NCBI RefSeq assembly: GCF_018336915.1
Contig: NZ_CP064925.1
Location: 210,001 to 242,000 of the forward strand
Length of the DNA: 32,000 bases
Reading direction: 5' to 3'
From: Acaryochloris marina S15
GTDB taxonomy: Bacteria; Cyanobacteriota; Cyanobacteriia; Thermosynechococcales; Thermosynechococcaceae
Positions 1 to 9,200 of this stretch are shown piece after piece. The notes under the pieces are model-generated. The model did no database searches, was not told the DNA's origin, and saw only the letters and a program-made list of their open reading frames with translations. Each line of letters opens with the position of its first letter. Position 1 is the stretch's first letter. Made by a program: the position numbers and the translations under genes.

Positions 1-1761
1 CTGGCCAATAATTGGAATGCGGAACCGACCTCCATCTAATGTGGCCTGGTTGGTGAATGTTGAGAGATCGAAAAAGTCTAATGCTTGAGTATAAACAGAT
101 GTTTCTATAGTTTGACTACCTACTCGTGAAATCTGAGGATTGTTCTTAGCGTTATCTCCAGTACCTTTAAATTCAGGATCAGTAACTTCCAGCTTAATAT
201 TAAGTTCAGCTGAAGTTGAATTACGTAATATGCCAGGTGTGATTGTTAAATTAGTTCCTGTCTCTACTTCAACTGGTTCAATTCTCTGTTGAGCTAAAGC
301 AATTGCAAGACCAAGTAATTTAGTCGCAGGAACACCTGAGCTAGCGACTTCTGCAGGGGAAGAGCCTGCTGGCAAAAGAGTGTTGATAGAATTTTGCAGC
401 GTTGATGCTTGTGAAAGTAACTGTTCAGCATCTTGAGACTTTGCAACTTCAAAAACACTTGTTGATGCTGACTGAATTACTGTTTTAACTCCACTTAGTG
501 TCGATATAGTGGTTCTACCAACTTGCGCAAAAGTGACTTTCTTTTCTTTTCGAATTAATTCTTGAATCTTATTTAGTGTTGGTTGAGTAAAGAAATCTTC
601 AATATCTTTCTGCAATGGATCATAAAAATCTTGCAAAGAAGTATTTAAAGAGTCTGCTGTTTGTTGGAGAGCTTCAAAGTCAGAGTCATTAGGATTGATA
701 GAAAAATCAGCGTATTGAAATGCAAACTCTAGTATTTCTTTTTGTCTTCTAATAGCTATTCTTTTAACTTCTCCAGGTTTTCTTTCTTCCCAACCACACT
801 TTCTATTTATTTTTGAGTTGTCTTTATTTGACTGCATATTATTGCAGTAAGAATTAGGTTTAAAACCTCTTGATCTAAAAAAACGTTCAAAAGGTTGTTT
901 GCCGATTTTTCTTATAGAAGTAAAGTAATATTTATAACGATCATCATCTTCTTCTAAATCAGATAGAGATTGGTGTATTTCTAGGTAGAATTTTTTAGGA
1001 TCTTCGACAAAATTTCCTAAGATACCTACATCTAAAATAGATGGCTCATGAGATAAATCACTGATATGTTTATATCCTATATTGTTCAGTAATATTTTAA
1101 GATTATCAGGAATTGGAAACTCTTCCTTTTCCAAAATAATTTCAACAGATTTACTTTTCAGTAACTTAAATGTTCCTCTGACTAACTGCTGAGTAAGATC
1201 TATCTCTTGACGCACTTTAACCATTGCTTTTGCTAGCCTTTTTGGATCATTGCTTGATACTTGGATTCCCCATAGTTGCAACTTAATTCCAGGCAATGGA
1301 AGATCAATAGCAGTTATAAATCTTTGAGCACTCTTAATATAGTCTTTAGTTCCGACTAAAAATATAATATTGCCACCTCCTTGACCAACTCCTACTCCTG
1401 CTTCTAGATTATTTATTGGTAGGTCGGATGCACAGCCAGGATCTTCAAAAGGTAGTTTATTCAGTATCTCGGTAATATTTTTTGATTTTCTATAATAGAA
1501 TAATTCGACTCTTTGAATTTTTAGTTTATTCTCATCTATAATCTGAGTATTATCTTTATCTATAATCTGAATATTATCCTTGCTTTTCTTTTCAAGTTTG
1601 GTCTTGAGTTCACTAAAGCAGTCTGAATCCATTGACTTTGATACCATTTCAGTTCCTGTATCTTTAGATGTCATTTCTTCAGCAGCAAGGGATTGAACAC
1701 TTTTCCCCAAAGAAGAAGTAGCACTCCACATCAAAGTAATAATAAGTAACTTGTAATTCAT
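1..1761 (-). CDS. Secretin-like (GspD/PilQ-superfamily) outer-membrane protein, first 587 codons; 3' end lies beyond the left edge of the window
   Basis: Not in the supplied ORF track because there is no in-window stop. My manual reverse-complement translation from the ATG at 1761 stays open to position 1. N-terminus MNYKLLIITLMWSATSSLGKSVQSLAAEE looks like a signal peptide. RVELFYYRKSKNITEILNKL ... NIIFLVGTKDYIKSAQRFITAIDLPLPGIKLQLWGIQVS fits the secretin N-domain to secretin-domain junction pattern. TGTNLTITPGILRNSTSAELNIKLEVTDPE...ISRVGSQTIETSVYTQ...GGRFRIPIIGQ fits the secretin C-domain pattern. A helical insert of about 250 aa lies between them. The gene is strongly AT-rich relative to the rest of the window. 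Confidence 0.5.
   Translation of the reverse strand, partial: MNYKLLIITLMWSATSSLGKSVQSLAAEEMTSKDTGTEMVSKSMDSDCFSELKTKLEKKSKDNIQIIDKDNTQIIDENKLKIQRVELFYYRKSKNITEILNKLPFEDPGCASDLPINNLEAGVGVGQGGGNIIFLVGTKDYIKSAQRFITAIDLPLPGIKLQLWGIQVSSNDPKRLAKAMVKVRQEIDLTQQLVRGTFKLLKSKSVEIILEKEEFPIPDNLKILLNNIGYKHISDLSHEPSILDVGILGNFVEDPKKFYLEIHQSLSDLEEDDDRYKYYFTSIRKIGKQPFERFFRSRGFKPNSYCNNMQSNKDNSKINRKCGWEERKPGEVKRIAIRRQKEILEFAFQYADFSINPNDSDFEALQQTADSLNTSLQDFYDPLQKDIEDFFTQPTLNKIQELIRKEKKVTFAQVGRTTISTLSGVKTVIQSASTSVFEVAKSQDAEQLLSQASTLQNSINTLLPAGSSPAEVASSGVPATKLLGLAIALAQQRIEPVEVETGTNLTITPGILRNSTSAELNIKLEVTDPEFKGTGDNAKNNPQISRVGSQTIETSVYTQALDFFDLSTFTNQATLDGGRFRIPIIGQ
1535..1582 (-). repeat. Two tandem 24-bp units inside the secretin-like gene (protein repeat KDN[IT]QIID)
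   Basis: TCTATAATCTGAGTATTATCTTTA is followed directly by TCTATAATCTGAATATTATCCTTG. The translation is KDNIQIIDKDNTQIIDE. Confidence 0.7.
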
Positions 1762-2169
1762 ATAGATATTTCCTTCTAAAATTTATCAATAGATTTACTT
1801 TTTTTTAGGGCTTGCTAAAAAATAAATTGAGCTGTTCCGAGGATCAAACCATACCAGAAATGAGAGTAGGTTGCTCCTTGCAAGGGTTGTTATAAAAGGA
1901 GATGGGTGCGGATCTTTTGAAGCGACAAGATTTATATTCCCTCAAAAAAGCCCATAAAGCAGATGGAGAATCTTTTGTAAGATGTTTAGTCAGCAGTTAA
2001 AGTTTTAGGCGAAGAAGAGATTTATAGCTTGAAAACTTTATATATCGTTCTGACAAGCTGCTGCCAAAAACATATCTCCTCATGTTTTGAGATTTTCCAG
2101 CCAAATGGCATTAGAGGCAATACCTGTAAATATCATTTACCGCAAGTAATCCACGTAATTTTATAGATG

Positions 2170-2585
2170 GGAAAGTATCGTCTTAAAAGAGCCGCACTTA
2201 AAAGAGATAAGGTCGTTGCCTTCTGTTGCAATATCGTCTTTCCATTTGTGACTGCTCCTGGTAACCAGAATGAGTCACCTTTGTTTAAAACAGCACTATC
2301 AAAGTGATGAGTACAGCTCGAACAGTAGGCATAGACCTGATCGAGACTATCATCAGCTTGGATGGCGCTTATGACAGTCGTGTCAACCGGAAGGCGATTT
2401 TCAATTGGGGTATGGTGCCTAATATCAACGAAAATCTCCGTGGCAGAAAGGTTCCAAAATGAGGACCCTAAACCCCATCTTCTAGAAGCGGTTTTTTTGC
2501 TATTGAGCGTGTCTTCGCTTGGGAAGATAAATTCAAGCGCTTGTTGCTTCGATTTGAGCGAATCAGTAACTTACATTACGCCTAG
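2170..2585 (+). pseudogene. IS5-family DDE transposase relic (C-terminal half, one frameshift plus in-frame stops)
   Basis: Manual translation gives GKYRLKRAALKRDKVVAFCCNIVFPFVTAPGNQNESPLFKTALSK*. After a frame change it reads TVGIDLIETIISLDGAYDSRVNRKAIFNWGMVPNINENLRGRKVPK*GP*TPSSRSGFFAIERVFAWEDKFKRLLLRFERISNLHYA*. The D-x-(A/G)-Y-D ... N-x-R ... ERxFAW..F(K/R).L..R(F/Y)E layout is typical of IS5-family C-termini. No terminal inverted repeats were identified. Confidence 0.6.
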
Positions 2586-2708
2586 AAAACGGAATTATGG
2601 AAAGAATTTTTAAAGTGGAGCGGTGAAATCCGCTATAGTCATATTAGATATGATGGCCAATATTTTAGATCAGCTAGATAAAAATCCAAACCCAGCTGGT
2701 TGTCAGCA

Positions 2709-5066
2709 CTACTGATCACCAAATTTTTGCCCCCCCTCTGTCCACTGTATGTTATACGGTTTGACAAGCCGATTCATTGGATATGTTGATATGTCTTTAA
2801 TCCTTTGGTTCGCTTGCTGCTTTGGCTTGCAGTTCTTAACAGGATTCGTGCTATCACTGTATTCTTTCCAAGACCACCCTATTCCGACAACGAAGAGACT
2901 ACCCCCATTCTTGACAAATTTCTCGATTGCATCAATCTCGGATTGAGTAAAGTTGCCCCAAGCATTCCCAATAATAAGAATGTTACCTTTATTGAGCTTA
3001 GTTTCGTCAATCGGAGCAGCAATATTCTCTACATCAGCTTCCCAAGCTTCCAATTTTGATTTTGGAGGAGCGTAAGGACTTCCTTTTAAAGAGACTATCT
3101 CGCAATGCCCACTCGAAATCAATATTTTCCTCTTATCTTTTGACGGATTTAGCCAGCCTAAAGATTGTTTCAGGAAGATAAAGCTATCCTTTCTGTTCCT
3201 CAAGACACCGTCATGTGCTGCAGCAAGAACTTTACCATCACCGTAATCCCGACGCGCTGCAACTATTATTTTCTTTTCTTCTAGCACTATTTTTAGCACT
3301 ATTTTCCAGGCATCATCTTTATCCAAAAACTTTATCTCCCCAGGAGTCCCTTGTGTATCAATCATGCTCTCAAGGAATAGATCTGTAAGTATATTTGTAT
3401 AAGCATCGTGCGTTTCCTGTTTGGCTTTTTTTAACTGCAACATAAGGCTAAAGCAAACCACCGCCGACACCAGGGAACCTGCTGCAATACCCCAAGCAGT
3501 TATGATTGTGCGCCGCTGTTGCCGATCTCGCAATTTAACACTGACATCAATAAACTGATTGGCTATATCGCTAAATTCGCCCAATACCTGCTTGAGATCT
3601 TGATTGCTGCGGAGTTCTTGTACTTGCACAAGCTTTACCCCACCCCAAAGATCGCTGTCGGCTTTCTTGTTTTTTTGCCAGATGACTACATCGTCATTGA
3701 GGCGGTTCCGTAAGGCAATAGCTTGACGATGCTCCTCAATCCAATCGTTCAGCTTTCCCCAGCAGGTCAATAAGATTTCATGGGCAATTTCCACTGTAGA
3801 GCCTTGAATCGCGACCGAGTGTTTCTCCTTGTCTTCAACAGGTGCATCGCCCACCAGCAAATTGTCATTAATCAACTGGGTTAGCACTGCCTGTTCCTGC
3901 CCATCCTGAAACTCCGAGCGATTTGCCCGTCGCCTGACGGGCTTCCATTCCGTCCCTGCCGCCTCATCGCCATTAATCTTCACCAGCTTCAAAAAAATTC
4001 GCTGTGCTGCTAACTTTTGCAGTTCAGGCAAATCTTGATAGATTTGATCGACCCGTTGCTGAAGCGCGCCGCGCACCCCACCCAGTCGGCGGTAAGAACT
4101 TAGATTCAGTGTCCGATCCAGAATGCCACGATCCTGTACTTCCGTCTTCCACAACAGATTGAGCGTATATTGCAACAGCGGCAAGTATCCCGCCTGCCCC
4201 TCTACATCCTTGATAATTTCTTTTACCAACCCCGTTTCAAACACAACGCCATGATGGGCCGCAGGCTGCTCGATCGCCAGCCGCAACTCATCTTGCTGCA
4301 TTTGGGTAATCAATGGGCGATGCTTTTGAGTGAGTCTGGCCAACTGATTCGCCTGAGGCGAATCAAGTCGCCCCAAGAAATCGGCTCGCATGGTTCCCAC
4401 AATCTTGACGAAGGGATCGTTAGCGTATTCTTTGCTCAGACTCACCAACCCCTTAATAAAGCAATCTCGCTTTTCCTTTTTACTGATGGTAAACAATTCC
4501 TCAAACTGGTCAACAAAGATCAGCCAGAACTCCCCCGGTTGCTTCAACGCTTTTACCACCTTGCATAGCGTATTCTTCTGCCCAGCTTTTGCAACCTCTG
4601 CCTGCGCTAGATTATAGCCACAACTGAGCAAACTACCATAGAGCTTCTCAAACGGATCGCGATCAGGGGTTAAAGTCAAACTGACAAACTCTTGCCCCCA
4701 CTTTTCAGATAGCCAGGGTAACAGGCCAGCCTTCACCACTGAAGACTTACCGCTACCCGATGCCCCCATCAATAGGACCAAATTGGTCTGCTCCATTTCA
4801 TTAGCTAACCCGAGTATGAATTGATCCCGACCAAAGAAGTTGAGGTGATCTTGCCGCTCAAATGCATCCAACCCTTTGTAGGGGGATGTCTGAATCAACT
4901 CGCGAGTCTTAATTTCATCCACCGAAATCTGAATAATCTTGGTTTGGCTTAGGGTGACAACCTGCCCCTGAATCACATTGAAGATATTGTCATCTCCCTG
5001 CACCTGTACATCCCCCAGCGCTTGTTGCTGGTTCGAGAGCCGCTGACCAAAATTATCGTTATTCAT
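2709..5066 (-). CDS. STAND-type P-loop NTPase (nSTAND1-like) with a C-terminal transmembrane helix and a GATase1/DUF4350-like domain
   Basis: 785-aa ORF. SPYKGLDAFERQDHLNFFGRD precedes Walker A LLMGASGSGKSSVVKAGLLP (G101-S108, nt 4743-4766). Walker B is WLIFVDQFEELF (D186). VEIAHEILLTCWGKLNDWIEEHRQAIALRNRL is the helical module seen after such NTPase cores. One hydrophobic helix, TIITAWGIAAGSLVSAVVCFSLMLQL, spans about aa 520-545 (nt about 3432-3509). The C-terminal 235 aa carry DGKVLAAAHDGVLRN...FLKQSLGWL and NILIIGNAWGNFTQSEIDAIEKFVKNGGSLFVVG...PMNRLVKPYNIQW. The start overlaps the upstream stop (ATGA, 5063-5066). Confidence 0.85.
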   Translation of the reverse strand: MNNDNFGQRLSNQQQALGDVQVQGDDNIFNVIQGQVVTLSQTKIIQISVDEIKTRELIQTSPYKGLDAFERQDHLNFFGRDQFILGLANEMEQTNLVLLMGASGSGKSSVVKAGLLPWLSEKWGQEFVSLTLTPDRDPFEKLYGSLLSCGYNLAQAEVAKAGQKNTLCKVVKALKQPGEFWLIFVDQFEELFTISKKEKRDCFIKGLVSLSKEYANDPFVKIVGTMRADFLGRLDSPQANQLARLTQKHRPLITQMQQDELRLAIEQPAAHHGVVFETGLVKEIIKDVEGQAGYLPLLQYTLNLLWKTEVQDRGILDRTLNLSSYRRLGGVRGALQQRVDQIYQDLPELQKLAAQRIFLKLVKINGDEAAGTEWKPVRRRANRSEFQDGQEQAVLTQLINDNLLVGDAPVEDKEKHSVAIQGSTVEIAHEILLTCWGKLNDWIEEHRQAIALRNRLNDDVVIWQKNKKADSDLWGGVKLVQVQELRSNQDLKQVLGEFSDIANQFIDVSVKLRDRQQRRTIITAWGIAAGSLVSAVVCFSLMLQLKKAKQETHDAYTNILTDLFLESMIDTQGTPGEIKFLDKDDAWKIVLKIVLEEKKIIVAARRDYGDGKVLAAAHDGVLRNRKDSFIFLKQSLGWLNPSKDKRKILISSGHCEIVSLKGSPYAPPKSKLEAWEADVENIAAPIDETKLNKGNILIIGNAWGNFTQSEIDAIEKFVKNGGSLFVVGIGWSWKEYSDSTNPVKNCKPKQQANQRIKDISTYPMNRLVKPYNIQWTEGGQKFGDQ

Positions 5067-6208
5067 CCTATACCTACCCAGGCTTTTGCCACAAATGTTG
5101 CCACTTGGGTCATGAGTTCTGCTAACGTCAGTACCCCGCTCAAACCTTGCTTTAGAGCCTCTATAACCTCATTGACAAGGCTTTTATCCGGTTGCTGCTT
5201 TTGTAATTCTTCCTGGAGCATCACGATTCTTGCCTCTGTATCTTTCTTTGCGAATGAACTGAGTGCATCTGTTACCGAAACCTCCTGTTTGAGTTTCACC
5301 AGCAGCGATACAGCCGATTCCAAGTCTGGATGACTGCCATGTGACTGAATATTACTTTGACTCAAGTTGACATTGCCCCCCGCTTGGATAGCGTTGAAGG
5401 GGGTGTTACTCCCGCTAATCGTAATATTGCCAAAGGATTGAGGGGAGTTGGGCATGGGGTCTACTAACGGCAAAGGTTCTGGGACTATCTCTGACTGAGT
5501 AGAATCTTGATTGAAACCTGGAACAGAATGACGACCCTTTCGATATTTCAGAACAGGAGTCAAATATTCCGAACTGCCTTCCAAATCGATCGCTCTACAC
5601 CCGAGCTGATAAGCCTCTTCGTAAGAGGTGCCAGCCCCCAAGGCATCATAAAATCCTTGAGAAAACTGAATCGCGGCCCGATCTCCAATGGGCTGATTCA
5701 TGCCAATCACACAATCAACAGACTCGTGAATCGAGGTTGCCTGCACCTCCGAATAACAGGCATTGAGCAAGACACATTCAACGCTCGGAAACGATTTAAA
5801 TAATTCTTTCAATGTTTTGGAGTTGACCAGTTTTGCCCGTCCTTGATCATCTTCAAGGACTAATCCCTCATCCCCCGATGTGGATAGCTCTGGCACAATG
5901 CCGATATCTCTGACAGCATCTTCTGAGAAGGTATGGGTTGTGTTCTGTCGAGAAGATGGTGAAGTTGGGGCTATCCATTTTCCCTCTCCATGTCCAGAAA
6001 AATGAACGATTTGAGGTTGGTGATCCAATAAAGCGCGACTGAAATCCGTCGTCCGAACCGCTAGTTTAGTGATGAGTTCAAAGTGATCTCGATCTTTGGC
6101 TCGTTCCAATCCTTCTTGAATCGAACGAACTTCTTCACTCAGACGTAACTGGGACGTATTCACAGGATTCGCCGTCAAGAGCAGAATCTTAATGTGTTTA
6201 AGGTTCAT
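5063..6208 (-). CDS. CHAT-like caspase-fold protease with a C-terminal helical tail
   Basis: 381-aa ORF. KILLLTANPVNTSQLRLSEEVRSIQEGLERAKDRDHFEL...IVHFSGHG (His73) and VECVLLNACYSEVQA (Cys151), followed by VIGMNQPIGDRAAIQFSQGFYDALGAG, match the short cyanobacterial CHAT-domain pattern. The tail (aa 258-381) holds a G/N/S-rich motif followed by a predicted helical segment. Confidence 0.8.
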   Translation of the reverse strand: MNLKHIKILLLTANPVNTSQLRLSEEVRSIQEGLERAKDRDHFELITKLAVRTTDFSRALLDHQPQIVHFSGHGEGKWIAPTSPSSRQNTTHTFSEDAVRDIGIVPELSTSGDEGLVLEDDQGRAKLVNSKTLKELFKSFPSVECVLLNACYSEVQATSIHESVDCVIGMNQPIGDRAAIQFSQGFYDALGAGTSYEEAYQLGCRAIDLEGSSEYLTPVLKYRKGRHSVPGFNQDSTQSEIVPEPLPLVDPMPNSPQSFGNITISGSNTPFNAIQAGGNVNLSQSNIQSHGSHPDLESAVSLLVKLKQEVSVTDALSSFAKKDTEARIVMLQEELQKQQPDKSLVNEVIEALKQGLSGVLTLAELMTQVATFVAKAWVGIG

Positions 6209-6269
6209 AAAGCTGTTTACCTCTCTGCCAATGCATAATTTTTGTTGCTAAAGCTAAAAGCCTTTATCC

Positions 6270-9200
6270 CTAGGCGAGCATGCCCGTGTTGCTGATTACT
6301 TTAGAGAGAGCTTGAAGCCCCTCTGAATTTGTAAAGTAGACCAGATGATCACAGCCCACTTCCTGAACTTGGGGTTGAGGAGACCGCCCCTCTGGCACCT
6401 GCGTAATGCTGTAAACCGTGGCCGCAATATCATTGACCTGTCCAAAAAACGGTAATGCCACTGCACTACTCATCACCTTCTGCATCAATCGCTGCAGCAG
6501 ATTAGAGTCTACGGCTGCTGGAGTAATGGAAGTATTACCCGCTAGGATCGTATAAGGAATTTGCGGATCGGGACTCGCAGCCAAAGACTTGAGAAATTCC
6601 GAACCCGGCTGCATCTGATCCAATGTGATATCAATCGTCTCAATCGCCGCAACCAAACTTCCCAAAACCTTTACAGGCCAAGCCACCGTTGATAGGCTAT
6701 TCAATCCAATTGCCAGAGCCGCTGTTCCCCAGGCTTGTACCGTGGGCCAAGGAGACCCCCCATTTGGGGTGCCCAGCATGATCAAATGGCTGACGATCTT
6801 ATTTCCGCCTTCCCGCTCAATAAACCAGCGCGAAACCAACCCGCCCATCGAATGCGCTACGATATGCAGCTCCTTGCCGTGCTTCACATCTAGACCCACA
6901 GCAGCCAGTCGTTGCTTCAATTCCCGCGCATGATTCTCAATCGAGGTATTCAGACTTTCATAGTCAAAAGCAAGAACCAGATCGTACTGATCGCCCAGTG
7001 ATTCTTCTTGTCCATTTACTGTCATTTTGGCAGTTCGAATACTGGGCACCATGCTTTCGGTATCGCCAATAATGCCGTGGATATACAGCACAATCCGCTT
7101 AGCTTTGGCAACTCGATCCTTGACCTGTGCCGCGTCCCTCTCGTAGCTCACTGTTCCATCAGACACCACGTTAACCGCTGCCAGAATCGGGTAATCGAAT
7201 TCTAGTTTTAGCTTTTCACTCACCACCTTTTGGAAGAAAATACGAATCGCCCCAGTGAGGCTACGTTCCCCTGTACTCACTGGGTTGGGCAAACGTTCTA
7301 ACGAAATCTCGGTTTTTCCTGCGGTTGTCTGTCCAAACCCCAAAGGTAGGAAGAATTCGCCATCATGGGCAATTGCCAACACCCGCTCGCCCTCTCCCAA
7401 TAGGGTATCCACAGATAGCTTCAAAGGGTGTTGAGGAGTTACCGTAGCAATTGTGTCTGCATCCACATGATTGAGCTCCAAAGCACTCAACCCAGGATCG
7501 GTACCGCGACTAGTCGTGAATTGAAAGGGCTGAGCCACCGTATCATCCTCTCGTAGTATCGGTGGCAACACCAAACTGCCTAGATCTCGCGTAGATTGCG
7601 TGACGGTGGTTAACCTGACTTGCGCCTTTAAGCCGGGATGAGGTTGGATACTCACTCCAACTCCTAAAGAAGCACTACTGCCTTCATTCGGAACAGGGGT
7701 GGCATCTAAAGGCCGCACAGTTGTAATGCTGACCTGGCTACTAACCCAATCATCGTAGAGTTCTTCTTCATCAGGTACTGCTCCAAGATCACGAGTTTGC
7801 ACCCGTCGCATCAGACGATTTAATGTGCCTTGACCTCTATGAGGCATCCTCACTTCACGGGAAGCGGGTAAGCCTAAATTTTCTTGTTCGAGCAATGTGG
7901 CGTCAAATTCAGCCGTGCTGACCATCAGTTTCAACAGATCTTTCGTTTCAGTGATTCCACACTCCCAAAGTTCTTGCTGTACTGAGGCTGGAATAGGTTT
8001 TCCTTCGTATGCCCACGATTCCTCTCCCTTGTCGAGCCAGATTCCCCCTCCAGGTAGCAAACCCTTAGTACTGACAGAGTAACGATCCGTCAAATCTAGC
8101 AGGGCACAGTAAAGGGGTTCACTGCTGGTATTTCTGAGCTTGACCTTGAAAGAGGGTCGCTTCCATTTACCATTCTCCAATTGATACTCTAGTCGAATCT
8201 GAGACTCTTGCAGTTCTTTCCCATCTTGGCTCAGAGACATCTGCACGGCCCCAGGCTGAATCCGGCTGGTTGCTGGGCTGGAGAGTTCGGCAATATTTGT
8301 CCAACGAGCCATATGCTCCAATTGCTGAATCGCCTTCATGGCAATCGTGGCACTATAACCCTGGATTTCGGCAACCAGTGGGCGATCGTCAGTGGGCCTA
8401 GAAATCACATATTGCCCTTCACGCGCCAATAACTTAAATTCTGCCGTTTCAGCCGTAACCACTTCCTTGACATATAGTGATGGCTGCTGAGCTGAGCCAA
8501 ATTTTTGCAAAGCTGCACGAGCGAATTGAATTCCATCTAAATCCCCAGCCATCAAAATGCCTTTGGGCGGCAAAGGCAAACTGGTGATCACTGCTTTATA
8601 AGTTGTCTCTGGATTTAAGTCCTCAACGCCATTGATTTGAATCGTACTGAGATGTGGCAGGATCTTGATGACTTCGCCAGTCCCGATTTTCTCGGACAAC
8701 TGACGTAATTGTTCAGGTGAACAATCTAAGGGGAACAATGCCAGTAAGGTTGTTTGCCCTCCAGCAGGTTGTGAAATCCCATGCACCGCGCCCCCATCGA
8801 TCGCCCAGCCATGATCTTTGTTATGACTGACGGTGAAGTAGGGCGTAGAGGGTGCGATCGCTCCTCCTAGAAACGGCTGGTCTAAATCCTTTGGATGGGT
8901 AGCTTCAATTTGGGGTGATTGATTCGTTAGCTTCGATCTCACTAACGCATTGGTTCGTTTAAATAAGTCTCGGTAAGTTAAACTCCCATTGGCTTTATGC
9001 AACGTATCCAGCAAGAAGTAAGAGAATGCACCTCTTGATTTCTGATCCCCGTTGTACTCTTTTGCAAGTTCGCTATCTCGGCAGGCAGAGAGGACAATAT
9101 GTTGACCTTTGGGTAAAGTCCAGCCACTCGAATTGGAGTCTGGATGGGCTGTAGAACCCGATAAGTGTTCGATATCTGTTAAGGAGAAGATATAACTATC

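Noticed and set aside
2362-2613. 83-aa plus-strand ORF in the track
   Set aside because: It reads through the IS5 transposase relic in a frame that does not give the family-typical peptide. The recognisable homology is in other frames with stops, so it is best explained as a chance ORF in a pseudogene.
2681-2700. AACCCAGCTGGTT palindrome downstream of the NTPase stop, considered as a terminator
   Set aside because: It is essentially a loop-less palindrome (CAGCTG core) with no U-tract, so it is not a plausible intrinsic terminator.
2749-5333. Plus-strand ORFs antisense to the NTPase and CHAT genes (2749, 2805, 3519, 4170, 4390, 5022)
   Set aside because: All lie entirely inside well-supported minus-strand genes and have low-complexity or odd composition with no recognisable motifs. 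They are typical antisense shadow ORFs.
5063-6208. Considered whether the 381-aa protein is a TIR- or Toprim-like domain rather than CHAT
   Set aside because: The HFSGHG ... LNACYS dyad spacing and the ILLLTANP..T..L.L.EE.R.I leader are the CHAT and caspase-fold pattern. No TIR-type catalytic Glu context was seen.
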